Position numbers and translations under genes: made by a program
Origin: Geosiphon pyriformis uo1
Lineage: Eukaryota > Fungi > Glomeromycota
DNA length: 64,000 nucleotides
Assembly: GCA_016748015.1 (NCBI GenBank)
Contig: JAAOMT010000303.1
Span: 992,001-1,056,000 of the forward strand
Direction of reading: 5' to 3'
Notes under the pieces: generated by a model
What the model was told of the DNA's origin: nothing
Seen by the model: the letters and a program-made list of their open reading frames with translations, nothing else
Databases searched by the model: none
Shown: positions 49,318-64,000 of the stretch, in pieces
Layout: the number at the start of each line of letters is the position of its first letter
Numbering within the stretch: position 1 is the stretch's first letter

Positions 49318-52300
49318 TTATTTTTTGATCTAAAACTAACTACAGTATAACAAACTCTATTACCAGTTTTAAATAATTAATTAATGATACAAGTTTTTTT
49401 ATCAGCTTCTTTTAATAAAACATCTAGATTATAAGCTGTTATTTTTATAAGCAAAATAAACAAAATTACTCTAAAATAATTCTTAGACATTTAAATATTG
49501 TGATCTTTCACAGTTTTTGTTATATGTACTAAATTTTTTCCAATTAAAAATAATTATTTAATTGTCAACTAATCTGTTTAAACTGATTTAGCAAACTCTA
49601 TTACAGCAATTAATTATTATCAAATTAATATTATTTAACTATATTTAAATACTACAACAATAATTATCTTTTTAATATATTCATAAGAATTTTTTTGATA
49701 ATTACAGTCTAATTTGAACAGAGTTCTTGTTTTTTGAGATTGTTGTTTACAATAATGTTTTTTTTTGGCCAATAATATAGCCTTTTTTATCTTTTTTTTT
49801 ATATAAATGTAGATCTAATAATTTTTTCAAATTTTAAAAAAGTAATAGTCTTTCCAAAACTATTTACAATTAAAAAAATTTTCCTAATTACTTGAGTTTT
49901 TGCAGTTGTTAATTTATATTTTACTATTAAAATAATAATATTCAAAGCAAAAATTTTTTTAATTGTTATTTTAACAGAAGTTTTTATTATCTTAAAATTA
50001 ATTTATTTTTTGTTTAAAAAAATATTAAGAGAAAGTAAAAAAGATCTAATTTTTTCTTCTATATTAAAATTGAAAAAACCAAAAAAAAAATTATAATTGA
50101 TACTAGTAATTATTCTTTTGGTTTTCAGAATAGTAATAGCTAAATTTAAAAGAAACTTACTATCAATACCAATTATAATACTATTATTTTTATTATTATT
50201 AAACTTATTGTCTATATTCAAATACATACTACTATTAAAACCAAACTTAACTAAAAAAATATTGTTTTTGTCATCAAAGTATTTAATATTATTAAGCATA
50301 ATCTTTTTTTCTAAAAAAAAATCACTAACAAAATCATGAAAAGTTTTTTTAAGCACTTTTTTCTTAAATATGCTATTACTTAAAACAGTTTTTAAGTCTA
50401 TAACAAAGTGTTATATGTTTAAAAAATATTAAAAAAAAACAACAAGAAAATAAAACTTTTTTTTTAAAAAATATGCTTTTTAAAAAATATTAAACATAAG
50501 AAAAAAAAAAGTTTTTTAAATTATAATCTATAATTTAATTAATATTAATAATAATAAACTATAAATATTTATTTATATTTTTAATTCTAAGTTAAAAAAA
50601 TAGATTATAATATTATTAATTATTTTTAAAAAGCTAAAATTTTAATTAAATTAACAAATATGTTTCTGTTAAACCAGATTATACAACTTTAAAATTATTA
50701 GTATTAAGTATATTTTTTATGTAAAGTATTAAATATAAACAGCTTTTATTAACAAATTTATTTTTTAAAAGAATTAAACATATATATAAATTAATTAAAA
50801 ATTAAATCTTTAAAATTTAAATACTTTTTATTATTAAAAAAATTTTTAAATAAAACACAAATTGTGATTATTTAAAAGCTAATTAGTAAAAATATTTTTA
50901 AATTTTTTAAAAAATTTTTTAATTTTAAAATATTAAAATATTATTATAAAAACAAAAAACATTAAATATATATATATTTTTTTAATGTAATTAATAAATA
51001 AAATCTAATTATTATCTAGTATACAGAATCAAATTAAGTAACTCAGACTAGACATGACTTATATACTTATCATATGTGGCTAGCCATTTAGGCCAGACAA
51101 AACAACACTACACATTTATAAGAATCCTAATACTATTATTTAGGCCAGAAAAAAAAACATGGTTTATAATTACCAAAACTGATCATAAAAAATTTAATAA
51201 TGCCAAAAGTCTAACTATACTATCTAACAACTTGGTTATTAAATTACCAATCAGACCAAACATTATATTATTATCTTTTATCAAACCAGCTTTTTCTATT
51301 TTAGCTCTAAATTTAGATCTACTAAGCCAAACTATAAAACAATGTTTCTATACCAGCTAATTTATAAAATTAACAATTGTTATTAGAGATTCTTTTTTGG
51401 TTTTAAAAACTGTCATTGCTTTAGCACATCAAGCTTTTAGCACAAAACTCTTACAGATTATAACATACAGATCTACATTTAATGAACATCTGAATAAAGT
51501 GTTCATCACAGAAAAAGAAAAAAAAAGAAAAAAGGTACAGACTTTAACTAATGATTTTCAAAGACCAGAAAACTCCAACAATATTTTTTTATAAGATTCA
51601 GCATCTTTAATACAAGTAAAAACATAATCTTGAAGTTCTATTTTATCACATAATAAATACAATATACTTGAATATCTTTTATTATACAATTTCTTTTTAA
51701 CTATTACTGATAAATGTTTATATACAGCTTTTATTAAGTATATATACAAATTGGCAGAATTTCTGTTAGTAAATTCAAACAATATATGCTGATTAAAATA
51801 TCATATTTTTATAATAAACAGCCAATCTATGTTTTCAATTAAATTATTTGACACTACTTTATAATTAAGACTGACTTTTTATTAAACACAACAAATAAAA
51901 TAGTATATCTTACAAACAAAATATTAGACATTGCCAAAGACAGCCATGTTATTAGCCATAATATAATATTTATGTACTCTATTTGACAGAAACAAAAAAA
52001 ACCAGCAGTCTTACTTGCTATTTGATCTGTTTTTTTATTGTTTAGAATTTTCAAATAATTCTTAATCTTTATTTATCTAACTAAAAGATTTTTATCTTTT
52101 ATTAAATTTGTAATATGTTTTTTCTTTATCTAACAACAGTTGTAAAAGTCAGATACTATAAAACTTTCCTTAGCAACACAAGTATTAATAGTCACCTGGT
52201 TATTTAGATGCAAAATTACTATATAAAATAAAAAAACATACTTTAAAGACAAAGCAACAGTCTGCAATTTAGCTAAAGTTAATAATAAAAGACTATTTAC

Positions 52301-53775
52301 TTCAACTTTAATGTCCATATTTACAGCTAAAAAATATGTAGCAATTCTACTGACAATATTAGCAGAACTTAAGTTTTTTAAAGAATTATTTATATATATC
52401 TTGATAGTATTAGACCAAATCTTATATAAGCATTTATGTATATCAAAAAACTCATCAAATTTCAGAACATTCAGACCATATAACATGCCAGTTTAAGCAG
52501 AATTAATTGAAGATGTTTCAATATTACACAGAAATTTTGACACCAACTTAAACCAAGATGACACAGAATCTTTAAAATTTAAATTTTTCCAATGGTAAAA
52601 TGTTTTTTAATTTATAATATTACTCTTTCTATCCAAAAGCCTATTACCAAAAGCCATTTCAAATTTCTTTAAAAAGCATACTGAATTGTAGTAGAAAGAC
52701 TTCTTTAAAATGTTTAACATTAAAAATCTTTTAAGATTATAAAATATATTGGGCAAATTATTATTCAGAAACAAATCATTGGCCAAAAAGTTCTTACCAT
52801 TTCAGTTAAAAAATTATTAATAAGATTGATATACAGCTTTATAGAGTATTGCAAAAGATTCAAAAAAGTTTAGTCTAAAATTTGCAAATCCAAAATTTTG
52901 TAACAGAACAGCCATTCAAAGATACTTGAAGCATTAAAAAAATTTACCACAAATGCTAATTTGCTTTCAGTTTGTATTTGTTTAAATAACTTTAAACCAT
53001 AAAGAGAAAGATAGTCTAATACTTTACTAAAAAAATCACATAATAAATTGGCTTTAGATTTAAGACTTTTTCTAATCATAATGTCTCACTTATAATATAT
53101 ATTGAATGAGACAAAATTAAACTGAAATCTATATCTAAAAATAGGCTGTAAGATAGCTGACACCAAATAAAAGAACTGTTTATTCATAATAGATTTTTTA
53201 AGCACTACATTAACAAAAAATTGAATATTAGAATAAGTTTTAACCAAATTTGGCTTTGACAATTTCTTAATTAATAAAAAGATTTTCAGATATCTGTGTA
53301 CTTTATCTCTCTTGGCAATTAAAATTGGTAAGTCATTGATCTTTAAAAAAGCAATCTTAATATTTTGATTAATAAAAATAATTATTGTTTTTTTATTGTT
53401 TATTAAAATATTATTGATTATAAAAAATTCACTTACAATATTCAAAGCATATTGTATAAAAGTCTAACAATTCCCAATCCAAATTGTGTTATTTACAAAT
53501 ATACTAACAGCAAAAAAAAAATTATTTTATTATTATTCTCAATTCTGTCTGATTTGATTATAAACTTAGAATTAATTCAGTATTTACACAAATATTCATG
53601 TTTCTTAACTTTATACAAGAGTGGATCATAAAAATTCTCCAAAGAAGAAATGAAAATATTTCATCTTGATCTAACTCATTATGCATCTTATATCTATTTA
53701 AGAGACCAAAATTAATCATTACTCTATTAATTTTATTTTTATGTATACTGCCAAAAAATTTTATAAATTAATCAC

Positions 53776-54645
53776 TGTTATAGGTGATTATTTAAGATAT
53801 GGAAACAAATAACAAACCCATAATTTGGTACTTAATAGCTTGATAGTGTTGATAAATTTAAAAGTTTTTATATTTAAAGGTTTTTGTGGAGTTTTTTGTA
53901 TAATAGATAGAAATTTAATGGTTTCAGTAGCTTTCTGGAATGGTAATTCCATTAAATTTCTTTTTTCAGTATGGTGGCCAGTTTATTCTGGTAGTTATGT
54001 CTTTTTGGTAAGCTATTCTTAAATTTCTATATTCTATATTCTTATTTTTGGGCCTTTTACCAGACTATTCTTGATGTTAATTATTCAGCACTTAATCTTT
54101 TTAATTAATTAATAAATCAACAAACAACAAAAAAAAATAAAAAAAATAAAAAAAATAAGAATTAATATTCTGTTAATAACTGTGATCAAGAGCTATTGTT
54201 TTAGTGTAATTAAGTATTAGATATTATTAACATAAACTGTTAATAATAGATGAGTGGTAAAAATTTTTAATTAAACAACAATAACATAGATTGAATAATA
54301 ATAAGTATGTTTATTGAATATTTTGGTGAATTTACTTTGGTTAATAGTAACTATCTATAAAATGAAAATTAATTAATAGATAAAAAAAAATGCTAAATTA
54401 AAACTAAATCAAATACTTTTTTTGCTTCTAATATTACTAATATATATACATAATTAGTATTATATAAGATTCTTGAAATCCTGCAATTTCTTCAGAAAAA
54501 TTCTGAAATTCTAAAATTCTGGAATCTTGTAATTTTAAGTAAAGAATCTTGGTATTCTGAAATTCTAGAATTTTTTTGTTATTATGCCTACTTTTGATTG
54601 GTTATTTTTTTAATTATATAATACTTCTGCTTTTTATAAGTAACA
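53776..54645 (-). repeat. 3' LTR of E3 (contains ~8-bp GAAATTCT-type tandem repeats at 54470-54570)
   Basis: Direct repeat of 62454-63371. Confidence 0.92.
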
Positions 54646-54659
54646 TTATTTCCTTCTTT

Positions 54660-55316
54660 TTAATATTAAGCTCTATTGAAATCTTCTAAACTTTCTAAAT
54701 TTCCTTTTTGAATTAGCTCTATAACTTCTTTTTTCAGAATTACTTTTGTAATTTTGGTCTGCAATTTTTCAAATTGAGTGTTGATTAATTCTTCTAATTG
54801 ATTAATGATTACAGTATCCATTGTTGGGTATAATAATATTTTTGGTCTGTCTTAAAATTCTATTCATAATCAATATATGGCTCTTGTGTATGTGAATAAA
54901 TTGTTTTTTTTAACAAGTTGTTCAATTTGTTATAATTAAATTAGATCAAATTTCTTTTTTGTTTTGTTAGTATATAAGTTTTTGATGCTTAACTGTTATT
55001 TCAACTGATAGTAACAAAAGTTCTTTGGATTTTGTTGTATCTATTGGCTTCAATTTTTTAAGATCAATTCATCTTTTGGTATTGATATTCTTGAATTTTT
55101 TAATGTTTTTTTTATTTTTCCCATTATTTTATTTACAGTATTTTTAAATATGTGGTATTTGGAATATTGTTTTTTGGTTTGGTTTTTTTGTGATATCTCT
55201 TTGTTTTTATACTGTATTATGTATTTATTAATAGTGATTTTCAGGCTTGATTTTTGTTGTTAAATCAATTATAATAGTTGTTGTATAAGTAAGTAAATAT
55301 TGTCAGTAATTTTCAT
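54660..55316 (-). pseudogene. Extra 3' ORF3 of E3 (~220 codons, starts at an ATG)
   Basis: MKITDNIYLLIQQ...YYQL...TRAIY...INQLEELINTQFEKL read by hand in one frame, with several stops. Confidence 0.6.
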
Positions 55317-58300
55317 CTTTTCTTGTTATTCTTGTTGTGTGTTTTGGTTCCTTATATACTGTTTTGGTAGCTCAATTTAATGTATTTGCTTCAATGATAA
55401 TGATTGGTTCTAGATCTTGTGGAATTTTATCTGGTTTAATTAGTATTCTTTGTATTTCCAGTTGTGGAATATTATTGGTAAATGATAATGCTATATTGTA
55501 ATATAATTTTAGTTGATTCCCATGTTCTGCTTTAGCTAAGATTTTGTTGTCTTATCTTAGTTTATAAGCTTTATTTCCTAGAATTTCTTCAATATAAAAT
55601 AGTTTGTCCTATTTGAGGTCAAATTTTCTATTCCATTGTTTTTCTACTTTGGTACAATATAAAAGTACTTTGTCTCCAATTTTGAATTTAACTGGTTTAT
55701 TTGATAATTGGTTATCATGTTATTTTTTTTGTTTTTCTTGTAATCTTTAAATGTTATCAGCTGCTTTTTGTTTTTTGTTTTCCAATGTTTTCATTAATTT
55801 GTATATTCTTTTTAGCAATGTTTTTTGGAAGTTGGCTTCTGTTATTAGTTTTGTTGGATATATGTTAATGTTTATCTCAACTGGTAATGTTGTTGTTCTA
55901 CTATAAACAAGTTTAAATAGTATTGCTTGTGTAGTATCTTGCTTTATTGTCTAATAAGCAAATAGTACTGATAGTATAAACAAATTTCATTTATTCTGGT
56001 TTTCTTAACTGATTTTTATTATTGCTTTACATAATGTTCTGTTGAATTTTTCTACTAAGCTATTTGTTTGTAGATAATATAGTAATAATAATAGTCTTTT
56101 GATTCCAAATTTTTAACTTAATTTTGTTAATGTTCTGTTTACAAAATAAGTTTCTTGATTTGATAATAATTTTTTTGGACATTTATATTGACAAATCAAA
56201 TTTTGATAGATAAATTTAGCTATAAATTCTGCATCTGCTCTTTGGATTGCTTTTGCTTCTGGCTATTTTGTAAAATAGTCTATAGTTACTGCAATATAAT
56301 AATTGTTTTTATTGGTTATTGTTAATGGTCTGACTAAGTCAATTCTAATTCAATCAAATAGTTGTTCCATTTTAATTGGTCTTAATAGTTTACTGGATCT
56401 TGTTTTTTCTTTTTTTTAATAAACATCATAATTTTGAACATATTAGATAATGTTTGAATACATTAATGGCTAATAGTATTTTTTGTTATATTTTTGGATT
56501 AAAATGTTCTTAGATTTGTTTTATTTATAACAAATCATCAATATTTCCGTTTTTTTTTTATATAATATACAGTATAATTAAATAGTGATAATTTTATTTT
56601 TCATCTTGCATAACAGTCATCTCCAAATTTTTGTTTTTGAATTGATGTTAATTTTTTGTAATCAGTGTATACATCAAATTTTTGACTCAGATATTTCTTC
56701 TATTTTATAACAGTCTAATAGATAGCCAAATGTTCTAATGCTAAGATTCTATAATTCTTTTCAACTGGGCTTAAGCTTTAGCTGGTATATACTACTAGAT
56801 ATTCTTTTTCATCTGGTCTTTTTTGTAACAATACTGCTCTCAAGACTTGGTTTAATACATCTGTAGTAATGATAAATAGTTTGCTATGATCTAAATAGAT
56901 TAGTACTAGTGCTTAAATAAGCTTTTTTCTTAAAATATTGAAAGCTTTTTGTTGGGTTTCTGTTCATTTATATTTTATATTCTTTGTTTGGAGCTGGTGA
57001 AATAGTTGAGCCAATTTGGAGAAGTTCTAAATAAAGCAACAGTAGTATCCAGCAAATCTCAAGAATGCTTTTAATTTTGTAAAATTTATTGGTACTAGAA
57101 AGTTTTTAACTATTTCGATTTTATTTGAATCTGTTTTGATGCTGTTTTTGCTTATGCTATGTCTCAAGAATTTCAGTTCTGTTTTACTAAAGAAACACTT
57201 TATAGCATTCAACCTTAATTTAACTTTTCTTAATTTTTCAAATACTTATTGAAAATAATGGAAATAATCATTGAATGTTTTGAAAAACACATTGGTGTTA
57301 TCCAAATAGACTACTACTAATTTCCATAGTAATCCTGTATAGACAATTTCTATTAGTTATTAAAAGATAGCTGGAGTATTCATTAAGCCAAAAGACATAA
57401 TATTAAATTCAAAGTTTTCTTCTCTGGTAATGAATGCTGTCTTCTTTTTGTCAGCTGAATTCATGGCTACTTGCCAGTAACTACTGTCTACATTTAGTGT
57501 TGAAAACCGTTTTTTTTCTCCAAATGCATTAAATAGTTTTTGAATCTGTAGAATTGAATAGTTGTTTCTATAGATAATACTATTAAGCTTTCTGTAATTC
57601 ACACAAAAGTGGATTTTCCTATTTTTTTTTTCAGACTAGTACTACTAGTGATAACTATGAATTCATGAATAGTTGAATTAACTCATTGTTTAACATTTTG
57701 TTGATTTTCTGTTGGATAATTTCATGACTTGTTAATGGTACTCTGTATGGTTTTTGTTTGATTAACATTGTATTTTCAATTTTGATTTGGTATTGGATAA
57801 TATCAGTTCTGTTAAATTTATTTTCACTGGCAAAAATATTGGTGAAATTGTTAAGTAATATTTTGAACTATATATGTTAAAGTGGGTCTAAGTTTTCCAA
57901 GTTTTTTTGGTTTAATTGTTCTGATTGGAGCAAATAACATTCTTCTTGTCCATATACTGTTTGTAATATAATATTCATATATTCACAAAGCTGTAGAAAA
58001 TCTGAAATGGTGTTTGGTAATTGGTCTTCAACTTCAATATTCAAATATCCAATAGTGGTTCTACTTGGTATTTTGATGATATTTCTAGTTGTATTATAAA
58101 TAAAAATTTTAATATGTTTATAATTCTTGGCCAATATGTAGAGTTTAGTAATTCCAATCTTTCTTGATTCACAAATAGTTGGTTTTGCTTCAAAAATTTA
58201 AGGCTGATCTCTTACTTTTCTCTTTATTACTAATATATATTAGTTATATGGTAGAATAAAAACTGCTTAATGAGTAAAGATAATTTCTTTCTTATCAATT

Positions 58301-61300
58301 GTTTTTTTCTTTGCCATATTGACTAATATGTCTATTCTACTTATTAATCCAAATCCATTTTTCTTTCTTGCTGTAATTCCTAACTTTTTTCTTGTTCTTA
58401 CTAATATTAATTGAGCTATTTTTACTAGAAGTAGGAATATTGTTTGTGCTATCTTTTTATTTGGTTCAATTGTATATAGTTTTTTTGAATTATTTTGTAG
58501 TATTATAATGATATTTTCTATATATCTTGTGTTAATTATTTCTTCTCTAATATTAATTTCTTTTTTTGCTAAATTAAATCTAAATATCTTAGATCAAATC
58601 TTACATTAGTATTATGTACACATTCTGGCATGATACTTTCATTATTATTACTGAACTATCTTAGTTTCTGCTCTATAGATAAATCTGAAAGCACAATATA
58701 TTGTTTGGGTGTTAAATTGGAGTTTGAATTGTTATTGTTGTTGTTATAATAAATGAAGTTAGAACTATTGTAATCATTATTATCAGAGTTTGAATCAGAA
58801 TTGAATTTCAATTCTGATTTTATGGCATATTTACTAATTAGTTCTTTCTTCTCAAGAATTAAATAAATTATTTATGATGGTAAATTGTAGATAAGATTAC
58901 AATTGTCACAATATTCAAAGTTACTAAAAATTAAGCAGTATTTATAAAGTCTTGTATTTAACTGTTCCAAATGCTGCTCTTGCTTTTCTTTAGTTGGTGC
59001 TAGGTTCTGATAATGTTCATAGAATTGTTCTGAATTATTCTTGATATTGTTAAAAATATTGAAAGTTAGAATATATTCAGATTTAAGGAGTGTAAGTGAA
59101 TTATTTTTGATCTTTAGTATTTTATTGGTTAAAGCACTTTTTGCTTTTACACTTGCTATTTTCCAAATCTTATGTTTGTTATGTGGATAATCTTTCAATT
59201 GTCTTAGTGCTCACTTCCAAGTATTATCAAAAGACATTTTTTTTTGTATCCAGTCATTAATTAGAATTATGTATTGGCACAATTTATTACAAGTTCCTCT
59301 TTATCTAAAAATATTATTTTATATTTTTTCATTAGGAAAAATTGTTTCACATGTGAAACAAGATTTATTGTCCCATTTTCTTTGTTTCTTTGGTTATCTT
59401 AAGTATTTAAGAATGTATAAATAATAGTAATATTTTGTTACCATTGGCCATTCTTTATTGTTATCACAACATATATCTATTGTCAACAATTTCTTGTCAC
59501 AATTGACATAAATTAGTTTGGGTTGATGATAATTTAACTGGCTTTGATTAATGCTGGTGTACAGAGTATATATAAAAGTGGTTGCTTGGAATATTTCTGC
59601 TTCTTTTTCCTTTTCTTTTCTTTTTTCTTCTTATGTGGGCACCAATAGTAAGTTGTTATAATTGTTATCAGCCCAAGAGACTTGGTAAGCTTTTCAAATA
59701 GATTTTTTTTTTCTTAAATTCAATTAGTGGTTGTAGTTGAGTAATCTGTAGTTTGAAATAATTACATGTATTGTTTATTTTAATTGAGTTGTAGCTCTTA
59801 AGTAGTCTAGTCAAGCACAATGCTGGTCTTGGACAGCCAGTTATTACTAATTAGTGCTTGGTATTATATAGCTTTTATGACAAAATTTTGATTTGCACAA
59901 TAATGCTATTGACTTCAAAAAGAAAGTTATTGATTTTACCAATTGGAATCTTTGTTGTTCTATTAGCAGTAATTATTTTTGTGCTGGCAGTACAATTAAC
60001 TCAACAACCTAATTGGTCCATAAGTTGTTATGTGATAATGTTGTCTGCTAACCCACTATTAAGAATTAGCTTAATAGGGTAGCCATTAATTTTTGCATTA
60101 ATGTATATTACAGTAATTAGTTTTGCTTCAAGGATGACTCTACTGAATAGAGGCATTTTAACTGGTTTCTTAAGTTTAAAAGGGAAAATGGTAGTAAGTG
60201 ATTTGTCTTTGGTGATGATTGCTGGTGGAATATTGTTAATAAGTAATTGAGTTTGATTGAGTTCTGATGAATTGGGTGTGGTAATTTCTGAGAATACTAA
60301 GAAATTTAAATAGTGTTAGGTATTTGGGTTTTGGACATAGTTAGTTCCCAAATTTTACTGTCATGATTCAGATTGTTGGGCTGCTGAACTGGAGATTGGT
60401 TGGTATATTACTATTGCCAATCTCTTGTTCTGGCAGATTTGAGTAGTTTTTGACCTTTGGCTTCTATTTTAAGTTAAGTTTTGTGGCTGGGTTTGAATTT
60501 GTTGGTGTTAATAAATGATTTGTGGCTGCAGTTAATATATTGTTAATGTTGGAGTCTAATAAATTAGCAGTGAGTATATTTGCTATATTATTAATAGATA
60601 ATAAGACTAATATTGGTTTTGATTTGGCTGATAGTTTGGAGTTTGAAATTAGTAATTGGGGTTTTGATATTAATTTTCCAATTGTGAATTATTTAATCAG
60701 ATGTGACAGTCAATTTGTAAATGTCTTTGTTTACCGCAATAGTAACAACTATGTGTCTCTTATTGCTATTGTTAATTGGTTGATAATAATAAACATGGTT
60801 GATTTTGGAGACAATTTGAGTTCTCTGAATTATTGCAATATTGTAAAGTTAATAGATTACTTGATTTTTAGCTAAGTATTACTCTAATTTTTGATTAATA
60901 AAATTACTAAATTGTTTTAACTTAGAGTTTAAGTCAAATGATTTATTTATTACTAGATTAATGGCTTAAATGTAGTTAGCTTTTAGCTTGGCTGATTTGA
61001 AATCTCTGACATGTGTAATTGTATCTTAGAGTGTTTGTGAGTGCAATAAACATATACATTGTAGGAAACTATTATGCAAATCACAAATAAATTGATTTAA
61101 GATTTGTGGCACAGTAAAATAATTCATGTTAATAACTTGTATTTACAAATTTCAATGAAAGTGTCTCAAATAAATAGTGATGGCTTCAGTATCTTTTTGT
61201 TTAATAATAGTGAAGGTATTTGCTAGATAATTGATGCTATTATTATTACTAAAATATTTTAGGAATTCCAGTTTAAATATGTTAAAGTTTTGGGGTTTCT

Positions 61301-62434
61301 GAATTAAGCTTTAATACTATAAATTGGCAGTATCTTAAAAAAAATATGAATTTGTTTATAATATTCTGGCATTGTCTTATCTATTGGCTGTGATAGCTTT
61401 TTTTATGTTGTTAAGCCAGACTTGCATATCATCCTCTTTATTGGTAAATTTCTCAAGTTTTACAATTGGTGTGTAGACTATTAATACAAGTAATAGTTGT
61501 GATTGTGGTTGTTATTATTGAAGTTGTTGTTAAGATAATAATTGTGGCTATTGTTGCAGTTTTATAATTGATACAATTAGTAGTAGATTGATTATGATTA
61601 CTGAAGATAAGTTTTAAAAAACAATAGAAGCAGAGTTTGGATTGTTTTGAATTTGTTGAGTTAAAATAATCAGAGTTTGGATTTTTGGATTTTTTAGAAT
61701 TGAGTTTTGGTAATTAAATTCTTGATCTTTGTTTTTTTTCTCTTCTGAGTTGGTTCTTTTCTAAGAACTAGTGGCTCTAAAATCAGGTTAAGATGACAGT
61801 AATCAAAATTCTAACAGTATTGGTAATCATAATTTAAATTCTTTAAAGAAATTGTCATAAGTTTTCAATAAATCAGCTTTTTTTTGTTGACTTTGAAATG
61901 TTATTTTTATTGATGGTGTTTTTGCTGATAATAATACACTTCCTAATAATATATTGATAGTATTATCAGTTATGTAATAATATGATAGGTGAATAAGTAA
62001 AACTATTCTTGATTTTTTCTAAGTAGGTGGTTGTATTTTTCTTAGTGTTTCTGCTGGTGTTTGTAATTTTTCTTTATCTGCAAAAAAAAAGGAAATTTCT
62101 GCTAGGTGTAATTTCCAATTTTTTTATTTATTTTTGTGATTATTTGTGCAAACAAATAGTTTAGTAAACATGTAATGCTATTAAATAATTCATTATTAAA
62201 ACTATTAAAGGCAGCTTTTAGATTTCCTTGGGCTCTTAAATAGTATTTAATTTTTTTATTGACATAGAAATTAAAAGTTGATTCTATTGGCCAATTGTTA
62301 TTTATTAATCCAAGGTAACTTTAATATTGTTAAAATAGAAATTTTGTAAATTTTAAATGATTTTTTTTTATTTTTTTTTGGTCTGTCACTTTTCTGAATA
62401 GTTGTTGCTGGTGTTGGTTTTCTGTTAGATTATA

Positions 62435-62451
62435 CCTCACAGAGAGCACCA
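62435..62451 (-). promoter_or_regulatory. Primer binding site of E3
   Basis: TGGTGCTCTCTGTGAGG on the minus strand, 2 nt from the LTR. Confidence 0.9.
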
Positions 62452-62453
62452 AA

Positions 62454-63371
62454 TGTTACAGATGATTATTTGGGACATGAAAACAAATAACAAATCTGTA
62501 ACTTGGTGTTTAATAGCTTAATGGTGTTGGTAAATCTAAAAATTTTCATATCTAAAAGTTTTTATATCTGAAGATTTTTGTGGAGTTTTTTGTATAATAG
62601 ACAGAGATTCAATGATTGTTTTAGTAGTTTTCCAGAATAGTGATTCCATCAAATTTTTTTTTCAGTATAGTGGTCAGTTTATTTTGATAGTCATGCTTTT
62701 TTGGTAAGCTATTTTTAAATTTCTATATTCCATATCCTTATTTTTGGGTTTTTTATCAGGCTAGCTTTGATGTTAATTACTTAGTGCTTAATTTCTTTAA
62801 TTAGTTAGTAAATTAACAAACAACAAAAAAAAAAAAAAAAAAAAGAAAATAAGAATTAGTATCTTATTAATAGCTGTAATCAAGAGCTATTGTTCTAGTG
62901 TAGTTAAGTATTGAATATTATCAACATTCTATGTTAATAATAGATAAATGGTAAAGATTTTTAATCAAATAACAATAACATAGATTGGATAATAATAAGT
63001 ATGTTTATTGAATATTTTGGTGAATTTACTTTGGTTAATAATAACTATCCATAAAGTGAAAGTTAATTAATAGATAAAAAAGAAAATGCTAAATCAAAAC
63101 TGAACCAAATACTTTTCTTGCTTTTAATATTACTGCTATATATACATAGTTGGTATTATACAAGATTTCTAGAATTCTGTAATTCTTTTAGAGGAATTCT
63201 GAAATTTTGGAATTCTAAAATCCTGCAATTCTAAGTAAAGAATTCTGGTATTTTGAAATTCTGCAATTCTGCAATTCCTTCAAAAGAATTTTGGAATTTC
63301 TTTGTTACTATGCCTATTTCTGATTGGCTATTTTTCTAACTATATAATACTCCTGCTTTCTATAAATAATA
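62454..63371 (-). repeat. 5' LTR of E3
   Basis: Starts TGTTACA; direct repeat of 53776-54645. Confidence 0.92.
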
Positions 63372-64000
63372 TTATACATCTTAATCTACTACAAGCTAGT
63401 CTTTAAGTAATGTCATTCAATTAAGTTGTATGTTTTATACATATCTTGTAAGACCAATTACAGTTCTCTATCTTTTTCCAAAATATTTTCTATTACAGAC
63501 TCAATAACAAATACAAAAGACTAAATTGAAATATTTTTTAATGCTAAAAAATTATCATCTTGAAAAACATCAAACTTATTATATGTAAATAAAATCCAAT
63601 TTAAAAAAATCTTTTTGGCTGTTTCAATTAATATAATAGGTTAGGTGTTTATTAAAACTTTGTTTCAATCATAAAACTTAGAGATTATTAAAATCTATAA
63701 CTTTTTCTATAGAGCAAAAATATTATTAATAGATAAACATATATTTAGATGCTTTAAAAAAATTTTATTACAGTATTACTACTATGCTTTTAAAGTTCAT
63801 TAGAGATACCAAATAGTTCAGCAGCTTTATTATTAAACAAATCATTAATAACTACAATCAATCTTTTTATACTGATTTTTTTTATTACTTCAGAAAAAAT
63901 ATTATTATTTACATAGTTCAATAATATATATTAATAAGCCCAAAGATTAGATATTATTATAAGCATAACTCACTTTTTTGTTTAGTTTTCTATAATTTTG

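Larger units (their letters stand above)
38400..50400 (-). mobile_element. Highly decayed LINE L5 (ORF1 plus 5' half of ORF2), split by E2; pieces ~38400-41634 and 49322-~50400
   Basis: Decayed ORF2 start (I.DFI*KFAIYNVK) at ~40830-40880; RT remnants at 38400-39300; ORF1 motif NRVCYTVVSF next to 49322 matches L3 NRCAVVCF. Confidence 0.78.
53776..63371 (-). mobile_element. Ty3/Gypsy LTR retrotransposon E3 (E1 family), degenerate
   Basis: LTRs 53776-54645 and 62454-63371, PBS 62435-62451, PPT 54646-54660, TSD TCAC/TTAT. PR at ~60060, Cys-rich region 58890-59510, dUTPase 58330-58630, RT 57027-57602, IN 55400-56480, ORF3 54660-55316. Confidence 0.94.
50960..64000 (-). mobile_element. Decayed LINE L6 (ORF2 from RT to 3' UTR), split by E3; pieces ~50960-53775 and 63376-64000
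   Basis: ORF remnants 53086-53445, 52870-53079, 52130-52486 and 51558-51782 match L3 ORF2. Flanks rejoin as aattaatcac|acatcttaat, like L3 at 26325-26345. Confidence 0.85.

Noticed and set aside
50003-50356. Hydrophobic membrane-protein-like ORFs (also 13372-13647, 38912-39139, 7532-7915)
   Set aside because: Ile/Leu/Phe/Lys-rich by-products of AT-rich decayed TE sequence, or antisense to TE ORFs.
1-64000. tRNA or rRNA genes
   Set aside because: None recognised by eye; the only tRNA-related sequences are the 17-nt PBS complements.

Overview
Eukaryotic, most likely fungal, genomic DNA. Short AT-rich GT-AG introns, a Twinkle gene (absent from budding yeast) and the element families suggest an early-diverging fungus such as Glomeromycotina; this is inference. 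A compact, CpG-retaining island (~14.4-22.9 kb) holds four spliced genes: an unknown basic disordered protein, COA4, a Twinkle primase-helicase and prefoldin 3. The rest is nested, CpG-depleted, C>T/G>A-riddled retroelements: three full-length Ty3/Gypsy LTR elements (each inserted in a LINE, with 4-bp TSDs), one internally deleted derivative, two solo LTRs, and six copies or fragments of an APE-RT-RNase H LINE. Main observations: (1) an unusual Gypsy layout with gag, a -1 frameshift into PR-Cys-rich-(dUTPase)-RT-RH, an apparently stand-alone integrase ORF, and an extra unknown 3' ORF; (2) RIP-like C>T hypermutation of repeats that is not limited to CpG; (3) a TAATG stop-start junction in the LINE; (4) a Twinkle with an intact zinc finger but altered primase residues. 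All coordinates and counts were done by hand and may be off by a few bases.
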